From Octopus vulgaris (Eukaryota), in the NCBI GenBank assembly GCA_951406725.2, contig OX597814.1:6510001-6574000 (forward strand): a stretch of DNA of 64,000 nt, in the 5' to 3' direction. Both the position numbers and the translations under genes were made by a program. Under the pieces are notes generated by a model. That model searched no databases. It was not told where the DNA came from and worked only from the letters and a program-made list of their open reading frames with translations. Positions 13,817 to 27,366 of the stretch are shown here, in pieces. How positions within the stretch are numbered: position 1 is the first letter of the stretch; every line of letters starts with the position of its first letter.

Positions 13817-14074
13817 GCAAGGGGAATTCCAGCAGTTTTGAGACTTCTTAGGAAAGGCGGCTGTAACTGTCCTAGATTATCACAATTTTAGTAAATCATT
13901 ATCATTCGTTTAATCCTTTAGCATTCAAATTTCTCTGTCAAATGTGATGCTTGTCTATTCACATTGTTTTGAATTAATCCTGCATTATCTTGTAACTTTG
14001 AGATTTCAATTATGTTATTTGTATTTTTTTGGAACGACATTGTAGGATAGGTGTAAGAGGCCTGATGGTGTTGT

Positions 14075-14890
14075 TTTTTGATACCTCATTTCTGAGCCCT
14101 TTATTACATGGTCCTTATGTTTACTTTTCAGATGTTTTGTAGAAGTTTTGCCATTTACTGGAATTGACAAATCTATGAGCAGATATGTTTTCTTAGCATG
14201 AATTTTGACCACAATATCTGTTCTATTGAACTGGACAGAACGATCAGTTTGGATGCTAAAGTCCCAAAGAATGGTGATATTCTTATAACATCTTGGTAGA
14301 GTTATGTTCCCCACCAGTTCTTCTCGTATAAAAGTCCAGACTTACAGTGTATGATCTGGCAAAAACTGGTCAATGATGATTAATATATTTATTTAAGGTT
14401 AACATAGAGAACCCAGGAACATGGTGGTCAGTTGTTTCTTGCACCACAAAAGCAGCATCAGGTAGGATCAGTACCATTTTTAAGAATGCTTGCCTGGTGG
14501 TTTCTGATTTATGTTCCAATACAGCCAACCACTGCTGGACCATATTTATATCTACATCAGCCTCACTGGCCTTTGTAGGCTCTTCCTATACAATGCTTTA
14601 CTTTTCTACATTGCTTTACTTTTCACAGCACTGGGATTCCATTTGATCTCATTGTTTTCATCTGCTCTGCTGTTCCAGTGGCTTCTTCTGTTTCATCGGG
14701 TTACTCCTCACTCTCAGGGATCATTAATTCCTTTCTGTTTCTCTTTTTTTCTGATATTGAGCACAGTTTTTTGGAACTTAATGTTTGCTGACAAGTTTAA
14801 GCATCCAGTTGTTGGTGTTCTTTAGATAATCCCCTGTGGCTTCTATCTTTAGAGACAGCTGCCAGCTGCAGCAGTCCATGTCTGCCATCC
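14075..14890 (-). mobile_element. Decayed R4/Dong-like non-LTR element, restriction-like endonuclease region
   Basis: ORF 14015-14314 has ILWDFSIQTDRSVQFNRTDIVV...LLIDLSIP (RPD...D motif of RLE). Confidence 0.7.
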
Positions 14891-14944
14891 TTTCTTGTGA
14901 TGTATAATATAGCTACATCTTTTTTTGGAGTAATGCCTGCAGTG

Positions 14945-15211
14945 CATTATGATAATTCACTTCCCAGCTGGCACAAACGCACGGGCGGGCAGCTGAAGAC
15001 CTGGGCAGCGACGATAAAGGAGGACCTCTCCAAACTCACAGGTCCACAGGTGGTTGGTCTGCGCAGATGGAACCGCAAATGGCGCACTGTCTCCAGTGAC
15101 CTCGCACAGCACCGTCGAGCGTGGGTCGCCATGGTTCGTGATGCCGTTAGGACCAGAGAAGAAGCTGGCTCAACCCGCCATGGGTGAATGCCATCACAAG
15201 TACAAGTAAGT
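14945..15211 (+). mobile_element. Second RTE-family 3' end fragment
   Basis: WHKRTGGQLKTWAATIKEDL...DLAQHRRAWVAMVRDAV, followed by a short tandem tail acaagtacaagtaag. Confidence 0.7.
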
Positions 15212-15807
15212 GCATTATGAGGAGTTTGCATCTGTTTGGATCAATTTTTCTCTCCCTGATGGACCATTTTATGCTGTTAAAGCTACAAATCACAACTTGT
15301 ACAGCCAAGGTATTGAGTGCATCAATCCTATTCTGTACATTAAGTTTGCTCTTTAGGATAGTTTTAATTCCATGATAACATTTTCTCCAATTATTATTAA
15401 GCCAATGCTTGCTAATTTAGTTGTCAGGTATTTTATCTTGAGGTTTGGTAACAACAGGTCTCCTCAAATCTCAAGAATTTTTCTTAGGATTCTTGCCAAA
15501 CACAGGATGGTACTATTCTATGGGTTGACAATACAAGTTTCAGTTACAGTCTCTTAGGTAGAATTTTGGGTGTTGGTGACAAATACACCAATTTACTACA
15601 GGAATAATTGTTTTCTTGCTCTTCTGCATCCTCCTCAGTTCCCTGGCTATGTTCAGATATTTCTCAATTGCTCTCGTATTGACTCCGCCATCATAAGGAA
15701 TTGCTCAATCTATGATCTTGCTCTGTTTCTTAATTTTCTGCTCTATAATCATGCCTGGTCGTCTTGTCTCAATAGCATGGTCAGTCTTTGTGGCAAAGTC
15801 CCACAAC

Positions 15808-16230
15808 AGGCGCAGGAGTGGCTGTGTGGTAAGTAGCTTGCCTACGAACCACATGGTTCCGGGTTCAGTCCCACTGCGTGGCACCTTGGGCAAGTGTCTT
15901 CTACTATAGCCTCGGGCCGACCAAAACCTTGTGAGTGGATTTGGTAGACGGAAACTGAAAGAAGCCCGTCGTATATATGTATATATATATATATATATGT
16001 GTGCGTGTATGTTTGTGTGTCTGTGTCTGTCCCCCTAGCATTGCTTGACAACCAATGCTGGTGTGTTTATGTCCCCGTCACTTAGCGGTTCGGCAAAAAA
16101 GAGACTGATAGAATAAGTACTGGGCTTACAAAGAATAAGTCCTGGGGTCGATTTGCTCGACTAAAGGCGGTGCTCCAGCATGGCCGCAGTCAAATGACTG
16201 AAACAAGTAAAAGAGTAAGAGTAAAGAGTA
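15808..16230 (+). mobile_element. tRNA SINE family A, full length
   Basis: aggcgcaggagtggctgtgtggtaag head, internal (TA)n/(TG)n, tail (agagtaa)n. Confidence 0.88.
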
Positions 16231-16579
16231 ACATTTCATTATTCTCATATTCTGTCACAGCCCCTGGTACGTATTGTTGTCACTATTGATTTGACTCAGG
16301 TTCAGTCTTATTCCTGGCAAGATTTATGTGGGTAGTGGGTTTACTACCTGTAACCTTAGGCATCCACAATCTTTCAATAATCTTTCAAGTGTTTAAGACC
16401 CTCCCCTTAATCTTACCTGTCCCTAAGTGACAAACTTTCTCCTGAAACTCTTCAGGACATTCTATTCCAATCTCATTCAACCATTTCTCTATATCTTTAC
16501 TTACAGTTTCCATTTACTCCAGTTATTATTATTGTTATTCTTCTTATTATTATTATTATCATTATTTTGTTGTTATTTT

Positions 16580-17172
16580 ATTTCTCTGAGCTCTTGTTCT
16601 TTCTGGTTGATTCTGTGAGAGCAGGCAGCAACCTGATGTCATCAGAAGTGTCACAGGGTCTCTTTCCACAAATTATAAGCTTTGGTACTTGGATGGTAAC
16701 TTATCATGGAAGCCACCCAACACCCCATCACCAGTCTCAAAATCCTAGCTGTCCCCATTAGAGCAGGTTTTTAGGCCTGCTCTGCCCTCATGTCAATTCC
16801 AGTTTCTCTGACATATTCCTCATACCTGGTTGTTCCAAGGGTCCCTAAAACTACTGGGATAACAGTTACTCTCCTCATTGACCACATTCTTGTAATTTCA
16901 TCTTTTAGTAGTCTGTACTTCTCCATCTTTCCCACCTCTTTGTCCCCTACGCGTGCATCCTCAGGAATGGCAATATCTCTTATCTTGGTTTCCTTTTGTC
17001 TTTTATTTATCACAAGGTCAGGTCTCCAAGCATTGATTAGGGAGTCACATTGGATCGTCAAATCTCACAGGGTCCTATATTCATTGTTCTCAGTGATGCC
17101 CTCTGGTCCATGTTTGTACCATTTCCATGTTCTGCCCAGACCATACGTTTCCCACAGTTTCCAGTGAACAGA
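16580..17172 (-). mobile_element. R4/Dong-like RLE 3' fragment next to a (TTA)n tract
   Basis: ORF 16771-17061 has IQCD...RPDLVINK...DIAIPED...KMEKYRLL...IPVVLGTLG. Confidence 0.78.
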
Positions 17173-17234
17173 CTTAGCCACGTTGTTGTGCCTCCTCTTT
17201 TTCTAGTGCTTTTGGGGCCAGCTTGCTAATCAAT

Positions 17235-17531
17235 ATTACCAATCTGACCGTGGCCGTTGCCAGCCCCGCCTGGCACCTGTGCAGGTGGCACGTAAAATGC
17301 ACCAATCCGACCGTGGCCGTTGCCAGCCCCGCCTGGCACCTGTGCAGGTGGCACGTAAAAAGCACCCACTACACTCACGGAGTGGTTGGCGTTAGGAAGG
17401 GCATCCAGCTGTAGAAACATTGCCAGATTAGACTGGAGCCTGGTGCAGCCTTCTGGCTTCCCAGATCCCCGGTCGAACCGTCCAACCCATGCCAGCATGG
17501 AAAACGGACGTTAAACGATGATGATGATGAT
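17235..17531 (+). mobile_element. RTE 3' UTR copy with two 62-bp units
   Basis: Duplicated accaatc(t/c)gaccgtggccgttgccagccccgcctggcacctgtgcaggtggcacgtaaaa, then the standard tail. Confidence 0.82.
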
Positions 17532-17747
17532 TATTTGGCAGAGTCGTTAGTACACCAGGCAAAACGCTTAGCAGCATTTCCCCCATCGCTACATTCAAAT
17601 TCTGCCAAGGTTGACTTTGCCTTTCATCCTTTCGGAGTCAATAAATTAAGTACCATTTGCATACAGGGGCTGATCTAATTGACTGGCCCTCTCCCCACAA
17701 ATTTCAGGCCTTATTCCTAGAGTAGAAAGGTTTATTGTTTTTATTAT

Positions 17748-18198
17748 CGTCTGGCACATGTGTCGGTGGCACATAAAAACACCATCCGAGCGTGGCCGTT
17801 CGCCAGCCTCGTCTGGCACCTGTGTCGGTGGCACATAAAAACACCATCCGAGTGTGGCCGTCTGCCAGCCTCGTCTGGCACCTGTGTCGGTGGCACATAA
17901 AAACACCATCCGAGCGTGGCCGTTCGCCAGCCTCGTCTGGCACCTGTGTCGGTGGCACATAAAAACACCATCCGAGCGTGGCCGTTCGCCAGCCTCGTCT
18001 GGCACCTGTGTCGGTGGCACATAAAATCACCCACTACACTCTCGGAGTGGTTGGCGTTAGGAAGGGCATCCAGCTGTAGAAACACTGCCAGATCTGACTG
18101 GCCTGGTGCAGCCTTCGGGCTCCCCAGACCCCAGTTGAACCGTCCAACACATGCTAGCATGGAAAGCGGACGTTAAACGACGATGATGATGATGATGA
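17748..18198 (+). repeat. RTE 3' UTR copy with a 62-bp tandem array (4 full units plus a partial fifth)
   Basis: ctggcac recurs at 17751, 17813, 17875, 17937 and 17999. The tail is nearly identical to 55729-55926. Confidence 0.92.
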
Positions 18199-18204
18199 TT
18201 ATCC

Positions 18205-18662
18205 AGATACAGTGAGTTCATGGCTCGCAGGACAGCCTGCTGTGCTAACCTTGGATTGTAGAGTGACCCGCTGTTCTTGAGGAGACCTATTGAGTCAAGT
18301 ACGTCAACATCAAAATGAAAATCAAATGGAAATTGCCGTTAAGACACCTGTGCCGGTGATACATAAAAAGCACCAACCGAATGTGGCAGATGCCAGCGCC
18401 ACCTGACTGGCGTCCATGTCGGTGACACGTAAAAGCACCAACCAATCGTGGCTGTTTGCCAGCCTGCTCTGGGCACGTAAAAAACACCCACTACACTCTC
18501 GGAGTGGTTGGCGTTAGGAAGGGCATCCAGCTGTAGAAACACTGCCAGATCAGACTGGAGCCTGGTGCAGCCTCCATGGCTTACCAGACCCCAGTCAAAC
18601 TGTCCAACCCAAGCTAGCATGGAAAATGGACGTTAAACGGCGACGATGATGATGATGATGAT
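18205..18662 (+). mobile_element. RTE 3' UTR copy
   Basis: Degenerate units followed by the gttaggaagggcatccagctg...(gat)n tail. Confidence 0.8.
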
Positions 18663-18664
18663 TC

Positions 18665-19145
18665 CTCTTTGGTAGAACTTTTGTTGACTTCAGGTTTCAC
18701 TTGAAAAGGAAATTGAGAGTGAAGAGGGAAATGCTGTCCTCGAGTGAGTTTATTGAAAGGTGGGTGAAAGTTGCAAAAATGGCAACAGTGGATGGTACCT
18801 CTCTAAGTGTAGACCTGCGAGTCGGAAAGAAGGAATTGGAGAAGGGACTTGGTCTTGGGGTTTCAGACAGTGAGGTTCCTCGATTATCCCTAGAGGTGTT
18901 CCTCTATCAGGATAGCCACATCTCGATCACCCTCCGCATTTCTTTTTTTTTTTTTTTTTGCTTTTGTATGCTATGCATCTGTCCCTTCTTTCCCAGTGTA
19001 CACTGTGTATACTTTTGTTTGTTTTTATTTTTTTGATTTATCTGTTTTTTTATCATTTCATTATTATATGTAAACCCCTAAACTTTATGTCTGTCTCTGT
19101 ATTTCCCCCTCATCCTTCACCCTTGTGGAAAATAAATGATATCAT
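18665..19145 (+). mobile_element. Probable Tx1/L1-type LINE 3' end
   Basis: FHLKRKLRVKREMLSSSEFIERWVKVAKM, a T-rich 3' UTR and an AATAAA-like end. Family assignment is by recall only. Confidence 0.45.
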
Positions 19146-19164
19146 TATCATTTTTATATGAAAA

Positions 19165-20360
19165 CCCAGTTTATTTTGGTGGGTATAATGGAAAGTGTCA
19201 GTTGTCCACAACCAGAAGACTAAGGTAACATTTGTTAACTGGTCATGCTTCAAGAACCCTGTGAAGAATTCTTGCACATCCAATCAGTGCTGATTTTTGT
19301 AGGTGTTCTACCTTCACACTTGCACCAATCTTTTTCAGCCAGGTTGGTAGATGAGTGCTGATACTTGCAAGTGCATCAATTCCTATTGGTATCACATCTA
19401 TTCTCTTCATTGACCACAACCTTCATATTTCCTACTTTGAATCAACATAACTGTTTATTTCTTCTTCTTTCAAATTGATCCTGTTGTCATTGCTATGTCA
19501 ATTATCATACATGTTCTTTCTTTTTTCTTCACCACAATAATGTCCAGTTTCCTATGTCTGGTCAGGTGATCACACTGGATCATTACATCCTGCAGGATTT
19601 TGCAATTCTCATTTTGGTGATTCTTTCTGGGGTTTGTTCATACTATGTCTTTGCTCATTGTAGGCTGTGATTGCCACAGACCTCTCAATGGATCATTCTT
19701 GTCACATTGTCATGGCATCATTTATATTCGCTTTGTGCCAATTTCAGGAATTTGATAATGATGTGCCATGCTGTTTCACCCTTCTCAACACACATTCTAC
19801 ATTTGTTGCTATTGGTAGTGTTGTTAATTCTGCACTTCACATAATTGGTCCTTAATGCTTGTTCTTGAGCTGCACATATGAATGCTTCTGTCTCTATCTT
19901 CAGGTCACTCCTCCTCATCCATAGCCACCAGTCCTCTGTATCTGTTTTGGCATTCACTTCTCTTGCAAACTGACTGTACATTTTTTTCTTTCTTGTTTTT
20001 TTTTTGTTTTTTTCAATTTTTTGTTTAAACTTTTCTTTAGTTACACAATTTTCAGTTTTGATGACACCGGTCTTCTTCTTCGTGTGTTTCAACAGTGGCT
20101 CCACGGCATTTTTTATATACCACCCTAGACTGTTTTGATACAGTCCTGTCAACTGATCAAACCTCTCCCATCCTTTCTTCTGAACAAGTACAGCCTATCA
20201 GTGTCACTCTTAGGATGGAAGGCTCCATGTACTGTCAACATTTTTCTGGTCTTGGTAGCCATTTTCTTAATTTTTCTCTTACCATTTCACAATTCCCACT
20301 GCATACCGAAATGATGCTACCACTCACATATTAACTGCTTGGATTTTATTCCATCAAGTC
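19165..20360 (-). mobile_element. Decayed R4/Dong-like ORF C-terminal half
   Basis: ORF 19718-20152 has LKIETEAFICAAQEQALRTNY...KCRMCVEKGETAWHII (zinc-knuckle region). It abuts a (TTA/TTG)n tract. Confidence 0.8.
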
Positions 20361-21097
20361 AATTATTATCATTATTATTATTGTTGTTGTTGTTGTTACT
20401 ATTATTATTATTGCTGTGAGCTAGCAGACTTGCAAGGATGTTAGATAAAATGCTTAGTGGCATTTTTTCCATTTCTATGTTTTGAGCTGAAATTCCACTG
20501 AGATTGGAGCAATGAAATAAGTACCCGTCAAATACTGGAAGGAAGGTGGGGGGAGGGGGGTCAGTGTATCTGATTGTTCTTCTCACTAAAATAACGCTGG
20601 CCCTATGGGAAACCTTTTTACACTATTAAACCCTACCCCTTTTGTGTTGTGCTGTCCTGTGCTATCCCCAATCTTTTATATAAACCCTTGCTGGTGAATA
20701 AAGAAAACAATCATCATCATCATCATCAGTATTATTATTATTCCTTATTAGCAAAACGATGCTATTGATTCAGTTTTGTTTTATTTACCAAATATACCAA
20801 AGATAACTAGAAATTCTTTTGTTTTCCTCCCCCATTTAATTCCTGAAGAAAACCATTAAGTGGTGCTGCCCACATCGATTAAACTATTAACTTCTTCTTT
20901 GGTGGTTTTATTTCCTCTAAACTTTCGCTAATTTCATTGTCTCAATTCTTATTGCCCATTGTTAATAAACACTTAAAACAACAAAGACAAGAGATAAAAG
21001 TTCTCTGATCATCACTTTTATTATTATTATTATTTTAATTTAGCTGAGAAATTTAGGAAAGAAATATAGCTTCCCTGCTAGAAGCATTGAGATAACA

Positions 21098-21545
21098 CAG
21101 GCAGGGCTGTGTGGTAAAAAGCTTGCTTCCCAACCACGTTCAGTACCAATGCATGGTGGAAACTGAAAGAAGCCTGCCATATATAAATATGTATGTATAT
21201 GTGTATATGCGTGGCATCTTGGGCAAGTGTCTTCTGCTATAGCCCCGGGCCGACCAAAGCCTTGTGAGTGGATTTGGTAGACGGAAACTGAAAGAAGCCT
21301 GTCGTATATATGTATATATATGTATATGTAAGTGTGTGTGTTTGTGTGTCTGTGTTTGTCCCCCTAGCATTGCTTGACAACCGATGCTGGTGTGTTTACG
21401 TCCCTGTCACTTAGCGGTTCGGCAAAAGAGACCGATAGAATAAGTACTGGGCTTACAAAGAATAAGTCCTGGGGTCGATTTGCTCGACTAAAGGCGGTGC
21501 TCCAGCATGGCCACAGTCAAATGACTGAAACAAGTAAAAGAGTAT
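21098..21545 (+). mobile_element. tRNA SINE family A with partial internal duplication
   Basis: Same head, core and tail as 15808-16230; ggaaactgaaagaagcc occurs twice. Confidence 0.82.
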
Positions 21546-21653
21546 ATATACACACACACATTATTGTGTCTGGGGAGGGTCATTCTCTTTTAGTGCCTTA
21601 TTAACTTAGCCCACTCACCAGTCGGATTTCCATTCATTTGCTTATCTATTTCT

Positions 21654-21692
21654 ACTAAAGTTTTCATTGTATCTTGCAACCTTTTCAATAGT
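21654..21692 (-). ncRNA. Degenerate minimal hammerhead-like motif with U3-A8 core
   Basis: Minus strand reads acua UUGAAAA g guugc aagau acaau GAAAACUU uagu. Stem I acua/uagu; stem II is imperfect. Confidence 0.4.
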
Positions 21693-22154
21693 TGACTCTG
21701 TCCATTATTGGAACTGCGTTCCTTTTTGTTTGTTCGTTTGTGCACATGTGTGTGCATGCTCATAAACATATGTATGTATTTATTTCTACATCTATGCATA
21801 TATATATATATATATATATATGTATATGTATGAATGTGTACACATTTGTATGTATGTATTCTGCATATCCATTGAGCTTGTGGATTCATGTTTGCATGTT
21901 TGTGTTCATGTGTGTGTGTGTGTGTCGCTCTGTCTCCTTGTGTGTGTCTGTGTATGGGTTTCTGTGACTATATAAACTGTGGGTATTGGGATATGACATC
22001 TTAGTATATTTCCTTTTTAGTACTGAGGATGTTTCATTAATGACGATATACTCTTGTACTTGTCTGAGTCTTGGGTCCTTCGGGTGCTTGGATAAAATAT
22101 GCTTCAACACACAAATTCACATTAAGAATCTTGCAAATCAAATACAAAAACGAA

Positions 22155-22188
<34 letters not shown>

Positions 22189-22194
22189 TATATA

Positions 22195-23435
22195 CCGTAA
22201 AAACCCATATAATATACACACGTTTTTTTGCAGAAATATAAATAAACTTTATTGGGTGCATAAATTACATGAGTAGATCATTTCCAGAATTTTTTTGAAA
22301 TTTTTTTTGTTGAAAAAATGTACAAAGTGTAGACATTTGAACCGGAAGTTGATTCATTTGATGTGAGAATAGGCTTCAACAAAAAAAATAATGGTTTAAT
22401 ACGCATAATGAAGTTGACTTTTATTTATGCTGGACGGTATAATGCCTACTTTTTCTGTATAAATTTACTAAAACCATTAAATGATGAACTACTTTTTGAA
22501 GTCTGACATCTATGCTGGTAAACACGGCCTGGGCCCTAATTTACATTGCTTGGAGTTTCTGCCTATCACAACAGAGCACCATTGACATACATAGTGATAT
22601 GGATATTCCTGACTGAGAAAACTGTAACGATGTGGATAATCTTGATTGTATGCTTTTAATTTTGTCTCTTCATTACTAGGCACAGTTTTAAGATTTGTCC
22701 TACTGTTTCTGCCAATTTCCAACATTGGCTTCATTAACATTAGAATGCCTTCCAGCAGCTCAATTGCTATGTTCAAATGTATATTCATCATATTTAATTT
22801 CTCCTTTGCAGTACACGATTTACAAGTTCTGCCCATACTCACAATAAGAGTAATGACAAATTTTAAAGTTTGCTTGACATTTTATAAGTGTGAAAGCAAT
22901 TCAAATTTCGATCCTCCACATCAAAGGTTCCACCAAGAGAAGGCAGAAAAGAATTCTGTTTCCATAATCAGTTTGATCGGTCACCTTCCTCTGTCGGTCG
23001 AGAAAAGTGTCATCCAAGCTGATGTCTATTGGTAATTAAGCTTAATTTGCAATACCTGTGCATATTCATCTTATTAATAATTCTTATGAACAACTTTTCC
23101 TGCGATTGTGATTTGAGAAGACGTACAGCAGTTTGCTAAAATCTCTTGGGGGCAACAAATGTAAAATAAAGTTTATGGTAAACAGCACAAACACTATGTA
23201 AATTAATAGCTTTCAATGTTAAACAGAAATTATTTTTATTTAATGAAAATTTAATAAAATCTATTCATAAGTAAGTGAAATTATGCTAAATACAACTAAA
23301 TTGAAAACCATTTTTCCTTTGGCTATATCAGCAATTCTGAAAACTTTTAGGTGCGAATTCTACATTTAACAAATTTTATCCTGAAAATCACCTGCGTAAA
23401 TTACACAGGTGTGCAAATTACATAGGCTTTTATGG
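22195..23435 (-). mobile_element. pogo/Tc2-like DNA transposon remnant (~1.24 kb)
   Basis: TA|ccgtaaaaacccatataat ... attacataggcttttatgg|TA imperfect TIRs. A frameshifted Brinker-type HTH (EYTFEHSN*AAGRHSNVNEANVGNWQKQ) lies at about 22700-22790 on the minus strand. Confidence 0.65.
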
Positions 23436-23737
23436 TATATATACATATATATATACATCAGTGTGTGTGCTTTGTGTCTGTTTGTCCCCCACCCCACCAC
23501 TTAACCAGTATTGGTGTGTTTGCATCCTTCTAACTTAGTGATTTGACAAAAGAAAAGGATTAAATAATCACCAGGTTAAAAACAAAAAAAAACAAGTACT
23601 GGGGTCACTTCACTGCCAACATCCTGGGCTTAAGAATTAAGAGAGGATCTGATGTTGCCTCCATGCAGCAACACCAAATGACCTGACCTGACCAATACAA
23701 GCTGACATTTGGAAGCCATATTGAATTTATCTCAAAT

Positions 23738-23885
23738 TGGTTGGCGTTAGGAAGGGCATCCAGTTGTAGAAACATTGCCAGATAAGACCGGAGCCTGGTG
23801 CAGCCTTCTGGCTTCACAGACCCCGGTAGAACCGTCCAACCCATGCTAGCATGGAGAACGGACGTTAAACGATGATGATGATGAT
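23738..23885 (+). mobile_element. RTE 3' UTR tail fragment
   Basis: ggttggcgttaggaagggcatcc...gacgttaaacgatgatgat. Confidence 0.78.
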
Positions 23886-26586
23886 TCTTCTTCTTCTTCC
23901 AATCTCTGATAAGATGTGCCTGTGAAACTCCGTCCTGTGGACCTGAATCAAATTGTTATTGGAAAGCTATCTGTGGCTTCTGCCAAATGTGTTTGAGCAC
24001 AACTCATACCAAAGTAAAATCTTGATCTAGATATAAGATCCTTATAAAGTATAGCGTATGAATAAGGGAGAATAGAAAGAGTTAAACTTGACTGCCTTGT
24101 TGCACACTGGACAATGGAAAGACCCTAAACAATAAGAACAACAACTGGTGATAAAAATGGACCAAATAGGGAACATACAAGTAATTACATAAAATCACAA
24201 TAACAATAATTTTAATGTAAATAGATATCCCATCATCAGCTGCTGAGTTGGAAATCATCATGGTTTCAACACCATGCAGTATAATTCAACCTTACTAGTC
24301 TAAAAATATTTAGATACTCTCTGAGAATTAGAAAATGTAATGAAAGGGAAAATCATGAGATTGCCTTGCTCACCAATCACAGTAGGTGTGTGCAAGCAGT
24401 TCCACAGTGATCCCAGCATAGGAAGGGATTGTCTTGTACCGAGTAAATGTAAAAAGTCTTGAGTAACATGAGACGTTATTTTCACCAAGATGACCAAGGA
24501 AGGGAATAAGTAAGAGAGTGATGACTTCAAAAGACCTCTGGCTCTAGAATTCTATGTGAAGAAGCTCATTCAGTTTTCATAGTATGACCATAAATTACAT
24601 TTACAATTTGAAAAATTCAGAAACAAAAATCTAAGGCTAACTCTGCAGGTTGTGTGTGAGAGCAGTGGAGCCTACGTGCAAGTGTTTCTGATATTTCCAC
24701 TAATGCTTTGTTTGCCTATAAATTCTGCTGAGTTATCTTTTTTCCTTTCTTTTTCTGAATTTTTCAAATTGTAACAGTAATTCATGGATACCCTGTATTA
24801 GGAGAAACCTGCTTAAAATTGCTAGAACTCTAATTTATGAAGAATTACTCCATAGATGGAGAGAAACATGTCCAGTGTTGTCATCTGAAGAAACATGGGT
24901 GTCTGTGACTGTGTTTTCTGCATGGAAAAGGATGAGTTTTATGTAAGACTGTTGGAAACATTTCAGTGTTACCCTCTGTTTATTTGTTGTTGTTGTTAAG
25001 CAACAAGACAGGTAAGGGTGATTAGGTGATGGTCTAGGGCTTAGGGGTGGGAGACCCCAGACCTTGGAAAAAAAAAACTTTGGTCGTCTTGTTGTAGTCG
25101 AGGGCTCTTCGTTGACGCCCGACACCACTGGGAGGTGGCCCTCAAAGTCGCTGGAAATGGAGATCTCCAGGTCCAAATTCCTGACCGGCTGCTGCTGTGT
25201 ATTTCACTGTTTCTCCTTGTTGATTGGCTACAGGTATACCTTGGAGTACAACCTATCAGCTGCCTCTGTTTTCCTTTGCAAAATATTGAACTAAAATCAG
25301 TTGATTTCTTCTCAAAATTGCTGGGTTTTTTTGTTTTTATTGCATAATGTTCTAAGTTTGTATGACATCAGATTAATTATACCAATTTTAAAATTGGTTA
25401 TAAATGTTTGGATATGTCAACCTTTTAATTACATCAAACTGCTGACTTACAATTGAGGATTAAATTTTAGAGCAATTAATTTCAATCAAAACCATTTTAT
25501 CTTGAGACTTCTGCATATTGATAAGTCTTCCAGAACCATGTTGTCTATAATTTCAGTGTTATTGACTGCTAAAACCATGAACTTTGTCCTTTAGTAACAA
25601 AAGGAATTGACTAAAATATCAAAGAATGACAAGTTAAGATTACAGAACCATTTTTTTATATCTTTTTGTTTCTCTCTCTCTATAAAATGGAGATTATTGA
25701 CTGGCTGCTTTCTATGAAATAGAAAATAGTTCTTCGGTTACAGTGTTCGGTTAGAAATATCAATAGTAAATGGTAACTGGTGAGTTGAAACATATTTCAA
25801 AATTGTTATTGGAATCTATTTTGTTTAGACATAGTATTAGCTTCATTCTTTGCTGTGTGGTCTGATACTTGTTCATTCTGTGACAAGGTGAGGCTTCTTG
25901 TCAAAAATTGTTGCTACAAAATTTTAATGAATGTCATTTTTTTCTCTTTTCTACTTGAGAACTCCATTTTAAAGAAAGCAAAAGGTTTTATTGTTTAGAT
26001 TTAGATTTCGCAGAATAATCCTTTTCAAATATATTCTTGGTAGAGTTTATGTATTAAATCTATTCCTTATAATACTAATCCGCCTGAGACTCTCCTAGTT
26101 TTATGATAGAAACTTTCTGTTTCAGAGAGATCAAAATCAAAACCATTCATCAAGGTATCCTGTGGATTTCTTCCATACACCAGTTGCTAATGGCAAAGAT
26201 ATTTTACTAAATTCCTCATTATTTTCAGATAGAGATAGAAGTTGTGTATTTCAAAAGAAATTTAATAACAAAATGGTTAACAAAAATGTCTGCCTTTTCA
26301 GAATATATGATTATTGCGTCTTTATACGTATTTGTTATTTAATAAAATATTTGAAAAACTTTCAAAACATTTTCTGCAGGTTTTTATTAATTTTTATAAG
26401 GAAATTGATTGCTAATGCCAATAAAAATATTGAAATACTTCATCAGTGAATCAATCAGGAATGTATCTTCTTTGCAAAGGGAAGTGAGATCTGGAGGGAA
26501 AATTAAGTAAATGGTTTTAGTTTTTGTCTAAAAAGAGACCAGCTCCAATATATTGCTGTTTAACAAATCTTTCTCTATTTTTCCAG

Positions 26587-26757
26587 ATGCAAGTTTGCAG
26601 TATAGAGACGGCTTACCTGTATTTTCAGTGCCTTTACCTTCCCGTCAAGAGACGTGTGAGTTTGTTTTAAAACCAATATCACATACTGTGGGAGATTTTT
26701 TTAACTTTATGAAAGAAGAAGATCATGGTATTGATAATATATCGATATATACAAAAG
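26587..26757 (+). CDS. MCU: Internal coding exon of mitochondrial calcium uniporter (N-terminal domain), phase 1-1, 171 nt
   Basis: Polypyrimidine tract and ttccag| acceptor at 26586; G|gtaatt donor at 26758. Translation (D)ASLQYRDGLPVFSVPLPSRQETCEFVLKPISHTVGDFFNFMKEEDHGIDNISIYTK aligns without gaps, by recall, to human MCU [57 protein letters not shown]. No adjacent exon was recognised in the window. Confidence 0.93.
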
Positions 26758-27366
26758 GTAATTTTTGTTCTCCGTTGCTTTTTATTTTCCATTCTTTATT
26801 TTTGCAAGCACAGTGTTCCATTTGCACATTAATCATGCTCTTCACATTTGCCAAAATTGGCCCAAGATTTCCACTCTGAATAAATGCCAGCATGATTAGT
26901 TTAGTAGAATTATTATGGCAGTGAAATTGGCACAAATTGTTTGAACACATGTTAAAAGTTGAGCCCCCACGTCTTGTGATAGTTTTTACATTAGATCTGC
27001 ATTTACAATCAACATATCACTTACGTTTATTCAGTTGAAAGCAGGTGTTTTTTGAAGAATTCACACAGATAAATTCTTGGTAAGGGTGCAACCAACAAAA
27101 TGAGAAATTGCTATCAGTTCACACCTGATACAATATTTGTGATTCAGTCAATCACATGAAGTTTTTTATTTTCTCGTTGGAATAGAAATAATTTTTTGGT
27201 TATTAATGAAGCTTTAAATGAACAGTTTTTAATTACAAATGCAGTTTCTTTCACAGTGAGTTTCAATACCAAAATATCTCCATTTCTGTTTTGATAATTA
27301 ATTAAATAATTAGCTCTTTGTCCTCCTCTTGTATTACTCAATATTTTATACTAATATTGTTTTGTG

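Noticed and set aside
15808-15885. tRNA gene
   Set aside because: A and B boxes belong to a multicopy SINE head; there is no complete cloverleaf.
22020-22095. Further hammerhead-like motif on the minus strand (ccgaagg...gaaacauccuc)
   Set aside because: The core deviates at several positions and no convincing stem II can be formed.
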